64,000 nucleotides of DNA from positions 1-64,000 of the IMG/VR virus record IMGVR_UViG_3300028569_001484. One strand, 5' to 3'. The stretch comes from a virus. Lineage: Duplodnaviria; Caudoviricetes. Each line of letters opens with the position of its first letter. Within the stretch, counting starts at the first letter, position 1. The notes under the pieces were generated by a model that was not told the DNA's origin, did not search any database, and saw nothing but the letters and a program-made list of their open reading frames with translations. Below are positions 49,911 through 58,673 of the stretch, piece by piece. The translations under genes were made by a program, and so were the position numbers.

Positions 49911-51452
49911 ATGAACGAAACAGACAATTCAGCGCTAGCAAATTATAAAGCATTTCAAAAGTATAAAGATTATGCTTTAAAAATGATTTCAAAACTTGAA
50001 AAAATAAAAGCAATTGGAAAAGGTAAAACAACTGCTGGCGACATTGTTACGCAAAGTTCTGTTGGGTCTGTTATTGTTGGTTTGGGTGATAGATTTCCAG
50101 AATTGACAACCAAATTAAAAGGTTTGTTGAAGCATTCGTTCAATCATAGTGATTTAGTTAAGTTACATCAAACAGGTAAAATAGATCTTAATAATTGGGA
50201 AGATCGATCTTTAAATGAAATTATGTCTGAAATAAATCGTATTAAACATCAAGTTAATAATTTAAAGTCGGAAAACGCAGAAATGGCTCAAAGTGATGTT
50301 ACTAAAATTATTGATTATAGTGAAAAACTACAATCGATGTTTAACACTGACGATAACTTAGAAGATTGGGTAAAAGCCAAGTTGAATCACGCTTGCGATT
50401 ATGTAGCTACAGTGAGAGATTATTTAAAATTCTACCGTGATGAAAAGGAAGCTGGTACTTCTGACGATCAGATAGACGAAAAATGGACTAATAAGTATAA
50501 AAAGAGTATCGATTGTAGTAACGCAAAAGGTTTTAGTCAGAAAGCACACTGTAAAGCTAGAAGACTGAGACAGATGGGTAAAAAGACAAAAAGTAAGCCA
50601 GTAAGAGAAATATATGAAGCGGTTGTACGTCATATGTTAAAAGAATTCAATAGCAGTATGGCTATGGGTGCTTTGAAACAACTTAACAGTGATGCTAAAG
50701 AATTAGAAACAATGTTACAACCAAACTCTGAGTTGGAGGATTGGGTAAAAGCTAAGTTAAACTTAGCCGGTGAATATTTGGATGATGTTTATCATCATCT
50801 AGACCATTTTGGTCCACAAGGCAGAAAGTTTGATGAAGTGAAAATTGCACATAATCTTGAAGAGGGTTGGAAAGACTGGGTTGCTGCAGGAGCAATTGGA
50901 TTGGGCGCAATGTCTGGAAATGTTGATGCGGCTAAAATAAAACCTGCAGATCAAGTCGCTATAACACAAAGTGTGCAAAAATCCGTTGGATCTTTTATAG
51001 ACTATATTAAGAAAGTAGAAAATCAAGGTAAAGTCGGATACAATGCTGAAAAGAAACTTTGGTTTCCACACAAAAGTTTCGAGGGTGGAAGTGATACCAT
51101 TGGATACGGTCATAAAATACAAAAAGGAGAAGACTTTAGTAAAGGTATAACAGATTCTCAAGCTGAATCTCTGTTAAAGACCGATTTGGCAAAAGCAAAA
51201 CAACAAGTTTATAAAGAACTTGGCAGTGTTAAATTAACTCCTCAACAAGAAGAAATGTTTGTTGACTTTGTATTCAATATGGGTACATTGAAGAAATTTC
51301 CTAAGTTTACTGAATTTGCATTAAAAAATGACTTGGAAGGTATGAAGAGTCAATATAAGAGATATGCTGGGGGTAAAGAATTAAAAGGTAGAAACTCAGA
51401 GTTCTTAAAGAGATTTTTAGCTGAGTACTTTGGTTTTACAACTTATTTCTAA
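49911..51452 (+). CDS. modular virion protein with C-terminal phage lysozyme (GH24-like) domain
   Basis: Two LEDWVKAKLN repeats; IKKVE...DTIGYGHKI...AESLLKTDL...FVFNMG. Confidence 0.7.
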   Translation: MNETDNSALANYKAFQKYKDYALKMISKLEKIKAIGKGKTTAGDIVTQSSVGSVIVGLGDRFPELTTKLKGLLKHSFNHSDLVKLHQTGKIDLNNWEDRSLNEIMSEINRIKHQVNNLKSENAEMAQSDVTKIIDYSEKLQSMFNTDDNLEDWVKAKLNHACDYVATVRDYLKFYRDEKEAGTSDDQIDEKWTNKYKKSIDCSNAKGFSQKAHCKARRLRQMGKKTKSKPVREIYEAVVRHMLKEFNSSMAMGALKQLNSDAKELETMLQPNSELEDWVKAKLNLAGEYLDDVYHHLDHFGPQGRKFDEVKIAHNLEEGWKDWVAAGAIGLGAMSGNVDAAKIKPADQVAITQSVQKSVGSFIDYIKKVENQGKVGYNAEKKLWFPHKSFEGGSDTIGYGHKIQKGEDFSKGITDSQAESLLKTDLAKAKQQVYKELGSVKLTPQQEEMFVDFVFNMGTLKKFPKFTEFALKNDLEGMKSQYKRYAGGKELKGRNSEFLKRFLAEYFGFTTYF

Positions 51453-51455
51453 GTT

Positions 51456-51791
51456 ATGAATGAATGGCCAACGCTGCCTATGGGCAACTTACAAGCTATG
51501 ATGGTAATGCGTCAACAGAGTGCGCCTGTATCATCTATTAGCAGCTTTGATCCATATCAAGCTATGTTGAGACGTAAACAATCAAATGTGTCAGATGATA
51601 ATGGTTATATTAATGCCGAAGTAGAACAGTATGATTCTAAAGATATAGAAGCATTGGAAGAGTTTTGTCAACAATATGGTATAATGGGATTTAACTTTGG
51701 TAAAATGAATCCTAAGTCAGCATTACGAATGTTGAAGAATAAAATGGGAATCGTAGAAAAAGTAAATAATAAAAAAATGTTACTTGACTAG
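51456..51791 (+). CDS. hypothetical protein
   Basis: Coupled ORF. Confidence 0.65.
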   Translation: MNEWPTLPMGNLQAMMVMRQQSAPVSSISSFDPYQAMLRRKQSNVSDDNGYINAEVEQYDSKDIEALEEFCQQYGIMGFNFGKMNPKSALRMLKNKMGIVEKVNNKKMLLD

Positions 51792-51812
51792 TTTAAGATA
51801 GTTATTTTTGTT

Positions 51813-53201
51813 ATGGTAAAGTTAATTAATGCTAAAAACTCCCCTCTTAATCTTAAAGTTTTGGTTGATTCTGATATTGATAATGTACCAGCATTATTTT
51901 TGTGGGAGGATTATATTACAAAAATACCACAACACAGTGAAGTTATAAAACTACACGCTAATTCTGGATATTATTCGGGATTAAATAAAGGTATAGATTT
52001 TTTCAAAAATGACATCATATTCAAAATAATAAGACTTGATACATACGAAGTAATATTCAAACATATTTTTAGAAATTTAAATTTTATCAATGGAAAAAAT
52101 GTTCTTTATATTTCCCAAAATAATTACAGTGGATATAGCTATTCTGCTAGAAATTATATATTTCAATTATTACAAAACGATTTTAAAGTTCATTGGATAA
52201 ATAATTTATTTGGAACTTCTACATATAAACCTTGTAATAACGAGGAGTTACAGGTTTTTAATTGTGAAGCCAAATACGATCCCACTGTGATTTATGATTC
52301 AGTAATTATACATCACGTTCCAGATGGTTGGAATAATGCCAGAAAATATTTCAAAAACGCAAAGAAAATTTACGGATTAACAACGTGGGAAACTACACAC
52401 TTGCATTCTGAATGGACAGATTTTATTAACCTAAGCATCGTTAATGAAGTAATTGTGCCATCACATTTTAATAAGAAAACATTTATAGACAGTGGAGTAT
52501 ATAAAAATATTAATGTTTGGTATCACGATGTGTTTAGCTTTGTTAATAATAAAGATTTAAATGTGTCTTATGTTTTAAATAAGTTTTATTTATATCAAGA
52601 TAATAAGTACATACAATCAAATGATCTTGTTAAAACGATATTAGATAATAATACGGTTTATTATAATATCAGTCAATATAACGAACGCAAAAATTTAGAT
52701 CAAGTTATATCAACATTTTGTAAAAAGTTTACAAGCGACGACAATGTATGCTTGTTTATCAAAACATATTTTAAAGAATTCACAGTATCACAAACAGAAA
52801 TGTTGAAGTATAAATTCGCAGAACTTCTCAATACGTATGAGAATATCCCCCCAATTATATTTTGTTTTGAAAATTTAAATGACGATGAAATAAACTTAAT
52901 TCACGAATTTGGAGATGTTTATTTTACTTTAAATAGAGGTGAAGGTTTTGGTTTATGTACATATACCGCTAAAAAGATTGGTAACAAAATTATATGCGGT
53001 AAATTTGGTGCAGAAAAAGAATTTTTGTCTATTACCGATTCATTAATAAATTACACATTAGAATCTCCATTTAATATGGAGGTGTATCATAATTGGTATA
53101 ATGATGATAGACAAAAATGGGCAACGTATAATGACAAAGACGTTTTGGGTGTTTTACGATACTATCCAAAAACCATCAAACAAAAATATAACTACAAATG
53201 A
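51813..53201 (+). CDS. glycosyltransferase family 4-like
   Basis: SGYS, TTWET, VPSHFN, ERKN, RGEGFGL. Confidence 0.8.
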   Translation: MVKLINAKNSPLNLKVLVDSDIDNVPALFLWEDYITKIPQHSEVIKLHANSGYYSGLNKGIDFFKNDIIFKIIRLDTYEVIFKHIFRNLNFINGKNVLYISQNNYSGYSYSARNYIFQLLQNDFKVHWINNLFGTSTYKPCNNEELQVFNCEAKYDPTVIYDSVIIHHVPDGWNNARKYFKNAKKIYGLTTWETTHLHSEWTDFINLSIVNEVIVPSHFNKKTFIDSGVYKNINVWYHDVFSFVNNKDLNVSYVLNKFYLYQDNKYIQSNDLVKTILDNNTVYYNISQYNERKNLDQVISTFCKKFTSDDNVCLFIKTYFKEFTVSQTEMLKYKFAELLNTYENIPPIIFCFENLNDDEINLIHEFGDVYFTLNRGEGFGLCTYTAKKIGNKIICGKFGAEKEFLSITDSLINYTLESPFNMEVYHNWYNDDRQKWATYNDKDVLGVLRYYPKTIKQKYNYK

Positions 53202-53229
53202 AAAAACCCCCTTTCGGGGGTTTTGTTTT
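53201..53229. terminator. bidirectional intrinsic terminator
   Basis: A6-ccccc-tttc-ggggg-T4 between convergent genes. Confidence 0.85.
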
Positions 53230-53488
53230 AAAGACTGAACTTTTGTTTTCTCAATTCGGATGGTAACAGATCATCCAATGGCTCTAAACAATTTACGCAG
53301 TATGGAATATTAATTGGCACCAATGCATCTTTATCGGTACCTGCTAATATTTTACTTACCTTTCTAAACATAACTCCATTTTGAAAAACCGCACCTTGAC
53401 ATTCGGTGCATTGCACGGACTGTGTATCTTTCAATCCAAAGTTAACATTTGGAGCTTGTCCCATTCCATCAATTTTATTGTTAAACAT
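53228..53488 (-). CDS. small zinc-ribbon protein
   Basis: CTEC...CVNC. Confidence 0.7.
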   Translation of the reverse strand: MFNNKIDGMGQAPNVNFGLKDTQSVQCTECQGAVFQNGVMFRKVSKILAGTDKDALVPINIPYCVNCLEPLDDLLPSELRKQKFSL

Positions 53489-53491
53489 AAA

Positions 53492-54997
53492 TTAATTTAT
53501 TCCTTTTCTTTTTTTGTAATCTTTTAAAGCTTCTTCAATTGCAGATTCAGCTAAAACGCTGCAGTGAATTTTTTGTGGCATATTTGCTTTCCAATTTTCA
53601 GCACCTCCAAGTGCATCTAATACTTCATCGTTTGAAAAATTTTTTAATTCTTCAACAGTTCTTCCTTTAATTAAACTCATAGCCATATCAGCCGCAGAAA
53701 TCGCTGTACCACATCCAAATATTTTCGCCTTAGCATCTAACACTTTGTGTGTATCCGGATCTATTTTCAATGTTATACGAAGAACGTCGCCACAGTTTTT
53801 AACAACGATTCCTTCTTCTATATTTTTTGTTATACGAGATAACACTACATAATTGTTGTTTTCTTCAACTTGTAAGGTATAAGTTTCAATTTCTCCAATA
53901 TACTCTCGTTTTATTATATTGTGATTATAACCTTTACATTCTTCAAAAAAGCCAGTCCATGTTGGGAATCTTGTTGATAAATTTTGCGGAATTTTATTTT
54001 GTTTAGCGTTATTTCGCCAAATATCAGTTGTTAACTTTCCATGTTTTTTATATAAAGTATTTCCAATTTTAAATAGATCTTCATCTGAATACCCCAACCA
54101 TTTAGGGTTTTTTTCTTTTGGTTTGGACGCAAAGTTTTGTTTCCATTCATCTGACATTTTGTGATAACAGTTATTCTTACCACTTTGTCTTTGAGATATT
54201 AATTTTCTTTGTTCTTCAGTGGTTAGTTTTTTGAATCTTTTATCAATATCATAATATCCAATTATATACATTAAATGATCTGTATATATTCCAAAATAAT
54301 TTGCCAACTCACTTTTATCATCAAATTTATCTATATTTTCTAATAAAACATCTTTTTTAATGCATACATCAAATGTCTTTGGTTTATCCCAATTTGGATT
54401 AGTTAATTTAGTATGTTCTGACTTTAATAATCCACGAAAATTACTTATACGATTATTTCTTTTATTTTCATCTATATGATGTATATCATAACCATCTGTA
54501 TTATGATTTGGATTATGAAATTTATAAATTTCAATATGTTCTTTTCTATGTTTAGATTTTCTAATTTCCCAATATCCATTTTTAATTATTTTTCGTTTAA
54601 ACGGATAAATTGAGTCATCTATTGTTAATACTTTATTTTCAACATATTGTTTTTTTGGCCGAGTTAAAAACTTATGATCATCAGTACATATTACTTCACC
54701 CCCATCATTTAAAGTCAATTTATATACTTTTTTAACACCAGAAACAACTCCAATAGCATTTTTTATTTCAAATAAGTTTGTTTTTATATTAAAACTCCAA
54801 ACAGGCGTTATTTTATTTACTAAATTTTTGATAGGAGTATGCAAGTTACCATCTGCTGTAGATATTAAAGTGTCTCCTGAAAAACAAGCTGCGGCTCCTA
54901 CCTCAGCAATTGCGTCTGGATTTTCAATATCTCCAACATTTTGGGGATTAATAAATCTATCCATTATCTTTTCATTATACAATTGGTTATCACTCAT
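53492..54997 (-). CDS. iscU: IscU/NifU Fe-S cluster scaffold protein interrupted by an intein
   Basis: Y-x-EK...F-x-NPQNVG...EVGAAA | CGD...FGCGTAISA...KIHCSVLAE; spliced length 137 aa. Confidence 0.9.
   Translation of the reverse strand: MSDNQLYNEKIMDRFINPQNVGDIENPDAIAEVGAAACFSGDTLISTADGNLHTPIKNLVNKITPVWSFNIKTNLFEIKNAIGVVSGVKKVYKLTLNDGGEVICTDDHKFLTRPKKQYVENKVLTIDDSIYPFKRKIIKNGYWEIRKSKHRKEHIEIYKFHNPNHNTDGYDIHHIDENKRNNRISNFRGLLKSEHTKLTNPNWDKPKTFDVCIKKDVLLENIDKFDDKSELANYFGIYTDHLMYIIGYYDIDKRFKKLTTEEQRKLISQRQSGKNNCYHKMSDEWKQNFASKPKEKNPKWLGYSDEDLFKIGNTLYKKHGKLTTDIWRNNAKQNKIPQNLSTRFPTWTGFFEECKGYNHNIIKREYIGEIETYTLQVEENNNYVVLSRITKNIEEGIVVKNCGDVLRITLKIDPDTHKVLDAKAKIFGCGTAISAADMAMSLIKGRTVEELKNFSNDEVLDALGGAENWKANMPQKIHCSVLAESAIEEALKDYKKRKGIN
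53795..54886 (-). mobile_element. intein (364 aa) with HNH endonuclease
   Basis: Starts CFSGDTLI, block B CTDDHKF, HHIDENKRNNRISN, ends TYTLQVEENNNY...VVKN before Cys. Confidence 0.9.
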
Positions 54998-55006
54998 ATA
55001 CTATAA

Positions 55007-56122
55007 TTATAGTCCGATTTGTTTAAGGTCGTTTTTTACCATCTTATCCACCAGTTGTTCAAATGAAGTTTTAGGTTCCCACTTTAATTCATTTCTAGCT
55101 TTGGTACTATCACCCAATAATAAGTCTACTTCGGCTGGTCTGTAAAACTTAGGATTGATTTTTACCAAAACAGAACACCTTGGTTCATATTTAATAGCAT
55201 CTTTTGTCGTAATACTAAACTCAGCGGATTCAGCTTGTCCGTGCCATTCACCTTCAATATCAGCCGCTTTAAATGAATACCATACAAATTCTGCAATCGT
55301 ATGTGTTTCATTGCTAGATAGTACATATTCATTTGGAGATTCTTGGTTTAACATTTTCCAGATGCCATCAACAAAGTCTTCTGCGTCACTCCAATCTCTT
55401 CTAGCTTTAACGTTGCCTAATTCAATTGTGTCAAATGATTTACCTTCAAGAATTGATTTTTTGATTCTAGCCACCCCCTTGGTGATTTTACGTGTAACAA
55501 ACTCTTCACCTCTTCTAGTACCTTCGTGATTGAATAACAACCCTTGTACAGCATACAAGTTATAACTTTCTCTATATACTTTAACTAATTGTCTAGCTGC
55601 AGATTTACTAGCACCATATGGACTACGAGGTTTAGCGGGATGATTTTCGTCTTGTGGGGAGTAAACCACATTTCCATATTCTTCAGACGAACCCGCATTA
55701 TAAAATCTACAAGTTGATTTGTGTTGACGAATAGCTTCTAAAATATGAATTATCCCAGTAGTATTACATTCCCAAGTTTGAGCTGGAAAGTCCCAGCTAG
55801 AACCAACGAACGTCTGCGCTGCCAAATTAATAAAGTACTCTGGTTTTAGTTTTTCTACTATTTTGGATATACTATGTGCATCACTCAAATCAAAGTTAAC
55901 TAATTTAAATCTGGGGTTGTTTTCTAAGTGTCTAATGTTTTCGTGATTTTTGATACTTAGTCTTCTAGCACCCCCCACGATGAAATAGTCTGTGTTTTTC
56001 AACAGATAATCTACCATAAAGCTGCCATCTTGACCAGTCACACCTGTAACAAATGCAACTTTTTTGTTTTCCATAAACGGAACAACATCATTAATATTAT
56101 ATATTTCCATAAGATATTTCAT
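55007..56122 (-). CDS. gmd: GDP-mannose 4,6-dehydratase
   Basis: TGVTGQDGS, NLAAQ, PRSPYGASK, FNHE, FVTRKIT, RDW, RPAEVDLLLGD. Confidence 0.95.
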   Translation of the reverse strand: MKYLMEIYNINDVVPFMENKKVAFVTGVTGQDGSFMVDYLLKNTDYFIVGGARRLSIKNHENIRHLENNPRFKLVNFDLSDAHSISKIVEKLKPEYFINLAAQTFVGSSWDFPAQTWECNTTGIIHILEAIRQHKSTCRFYNAGSSEEYGNVVYSPQDENHPAKPRSPYGASKSAARQLVKVYRESYNLYAVQGLLFNHEGTRRGEEFVTRKITKGVARIKKSILEGKSFDTIELGNVKARRDWSDAEDFVDGIWKMLNQESPNEYVLSSNETHTIAEFVWYSFKAADIEGEWHGQAESAEFSITTKDAIKYEPRCSVLVKINPKFYRPAEVDLLLGDSTKARNELKWEPKTSFEQLVDKMVKNDLKQIGL

Positions 56123-56592
56123 TCAAAACCTGATTCTTCGTCTTCGTCCTCTTCATCTAAATAGTCTTCATCTTTGCTGTTATTAATATTATATTTTTCT
56201 TTAAAATCCGCAACGTCGTCATTTGTGATACCACAAAGAAAAAATACAGCTTGTATATACAATATTATTTCTTCCTTTGTAAATTTATTCTTTTTGAAAT
56301 ATTCACTAATCTCATTTGATGCCGATGCTATTTTCTTTTGAACTGCTGGAGAAATTTTGATTTTAGGTGGCGCACCTTCTAATATTATTCCTGGTATATC
56401 ATCAATTATTGAATCATCTATGTGATTATTTATAATATGTTTATACACTTCATCTTCAATTTTATTTTCGGGTACACCATTTTTCAACAACTTCTTTTTT
56501 ATATTCTTTACTTTTGTGGGACTTACTTTTTTACATATATTGAATGATGATAGTATGCCATTTTGAGATAATAGATGATTTATATTATTCAT
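56119..56592 (-). CDS. hypothetical protein
   Basis: Coupled ORF with acidic tail. Confidence 0.65.
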   Translation of the reverse strand: MNNINHLLSQNGILSSFNICKKVSPTKVKNIKKKLLKNGVPENKIEDEVYKHIINNHIDDSIIDDIPGIILEGAPPKIKISPAVQKKIASASNEISEYFKKNKFTKEEIILYIQAVFFLCGITNDDVADFKEKYNINNSKDEDYLDEEDEDEESGFE

Positions 56593-56612
56593 TGTAATAT
56601 TATGTATGGTTG

Positions 56613-57356
56613 TTAAAATCTCTGACGCAAAATCTTTTTACTATCTTGTAGTATATCAGGATCAAATATTTTTGGTCCTTTGCTGATATAACCTTTGCCG
56701 CTCGTAAATGTACAATTATAACAAAGCAGTCTCATATTTTCTATTTTATGATTCTTGTTGTTACCGTCTTCAAAATTTAACAATAATGGCAACTTACCAT
56801 CAAGTATACGTCTTTCTCTAAATTCACACTGCTCACATTCTGCTTTTTTGATGCCTGATCTAATTAACTTATCTTTTAGTCTATGCACTGGAAACTCAGG
56901 ATGTTTACCATCCAATATATCATTAATAGGATATTTTCCTCTATATGGATTAATTGGCCCACGTGGACGAGAAGTTTTTACAATAGGCCATCCTTTAGTT
57001 TTGTGTACGCCGTATTTTTTAGCATACATTTTAAACGTAGGATAACTTACTCCCAAAAACTTTGCTGCTTTTCTAGCTGAGACAGTTCGTTCGATTGCTT
57101 CTAATATTTCAGATTCGGTAATTGGTTTTCTTTTTTTACCATCTGTTGGACGCTTTGGATAAAGCTGATCTGCATATTGGTTTTCTAAGTGGGGAATAGT
57201 AATGCCTTTTCCCTGCAATATTCTTATTTGTTCAATTTCAAGTTTTACATCTTCTCCAATTTCACTCAATGACAATAATTTCTCAACTTTAATTTTAAGG
57301 TCTTCAAGTTCTTTTAACTTTCGAGTTATTTCTTCGTTATCAAATATATTGTTCAT
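56613..57356 (-). CDS. HTH plus degenerate HNH-like protein
   Basis: ARKAAKFLGVSYPTF HTH; CEQC...LLLNFEDGNNKNHKIENMRLLCYNC. Confidence 0.7.
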   Translation of the reverse strand: MNNIFDNEEITRKLKELEDLKIKVEKLLSLSEIGEDVKLEIEQIRILQGKGITIPHLENQYADQLYPKRPTDGKKRKPITESEILEAIERTVSARKAAKFLGVSYPTFKMYAKKYGVHKTKGWPIVKTSRPRGPINPYRGKYPINDILDGKHPEFPVHRLKDKLIRSGIKKAECEQCEFRERRILDGKLPLLLNFEDGNNKNHKIENMRLLCYNCTFTSGKGYISKGPKIFDPDILQDSKKILRQRF

Positions 57357-57691
57357 TAGTATTTAGATGATGATATTGGTTCTTTAGCTAAATCTATTTC
57401 AGTGCTATCGTAAAATACTCTACGTAAAGTTTCTGCTCTAAATGGAAATGATGCGTTCAAAAGTACTTTGTATGTATTTACTATTTTTTCTTTGCTATTT
57501 TTCCTTTTTAATGATTTAACAACCATTATAGGATTAACTAAAAAGTCATCGTCTTCTTTTAAAGTTTTAATTTTATCTTCAATGCATCGTGTACAAGCTT
57601 CTATATGAGGATCATCAAATATAGTCTCGTCAATTGATATCGTCATAGACCAGTTTGCGGATTTAACCAAGTAGTTATTTTTATTTAACAT
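57356..57691 (-). CDS. hypothetical protein
   Basis: Coupled ORF. Confidence 0.65.
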   Translation of the reverse strand: MLNKNNYLVKSANWSMTISIDETIFDDPHIEACTRCIEDKIKTLKEDDDFLVNPIMVVKSLKRKNSKEKIVNTYKVLLNASFPFRAETLRRVFYDSTEIDLAKEPISSSKY

Positions 57692-58619
57692 AGTTCATAT
57701 CTCCATCGTTAAGTAAATCCAAGTTAATTTTAATTAGTTGATTACTATTTTCATTATATCTATAGAATTTACATTTTAAATGATTAATAATTTCAACCAT
57801 TCTTTTATAATCTTTTTGTTTCAAATTACCATTAATATCATAATGATGTGGTTCATCATACTCTATAACTATGTTTTTTTCTACATCATAAGCATCTAAA
57901 AAATAACACAATATTCGTTTTTCACCGCCATTTAATGCGTGTTGTAAATTCCAATTATTTTTCTCATTCAATTTATCAAAATAACTACATGCATATGAAT
58001 TAAAGTTAGGACATATTTTGCCAAATTTTTCAATTCTTTTTAATATACTTTCTTTGGCTTTAATAGACAATTTTCTTCTAGTTTCGTCAGATGTTGTCCT
58101 TTTATTTTTTAATTGAGATTCAGATATTTTTTTTCTCACATCTAATCTTTTTGCAGGATTTAATCCTCCAATTTTACCTAAAGACATTTTTAGTTTAGTT
58201 TCAGTAGTTAACTTTTTACCTTTATGTGAATTACTTATTTTTTCTTTTGTTTTATTATTTAATGTTCTACCAATCATCCATTTTCCGGTACCGTTTTTTT
58301 TATGAATAATACTCAATTTAATTTTTTGTTCATCTGTCATTGGAGACAAAATTCTTCCTTTTAATACACAATTTTTACAAAGAACACTTTTTTTAGTAGC
58401 TCGTTTTAACAATTTTAGAGATTTATATGATTGCGTATTATTACACTTAGGACACGACTTTTGATGTATGTTTTTGTTTCCAATATCTGTCCATTCGTTT
58501 TTTATTACATTTTTCTTTGTTTCGTTGATAGTATCGTTTGGAACGGATATTAGATTGTTCTCTAACTTCGTCTTCTGTTCTATTAAGTTTTTTTCTTCCC
58601 ATAAATTGTCTTGGTTCAT
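57681..58619 (-). mobile_element. NUMOD3-repeat / PD-(D/E)XK (Vsr/DUF559-like) homing-type endonuclease
   Basis: CPKC, TKEKISNSHKGKK repeats, QHALNGGE...LDAYD...IEYDEPHH. Confidence 0.8.
58447..58602 (-). CDS. MGRKK-family small basic protein, copy C (not in ORF track)
   Basis: MGRKKLNRTEDEVREQSNIRSKRYYQRNKEKCNKKRMDRYWKQKHTSKVVS. Confidence 0.75.
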   Translation of the reverse strand: MGRKKLNRTEDEVREQSNIRSKRYYQRNKEKCNKKRMDRYWKQKHTSKVVS

Positions 58620-58625
58620 ATACTC

Positions 58626-58648
58626 ATATATATATATATATATATATA
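58626..58648. repeat. (AT)11 dinucleotide microsatellite
   Basis: Uninterrupted AT alternation upstream of MGRKK copy C. Confidence 0.9.
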
Positions 58649-58673
58649 GTGAAAACATAAATAGTGAAAGAAT

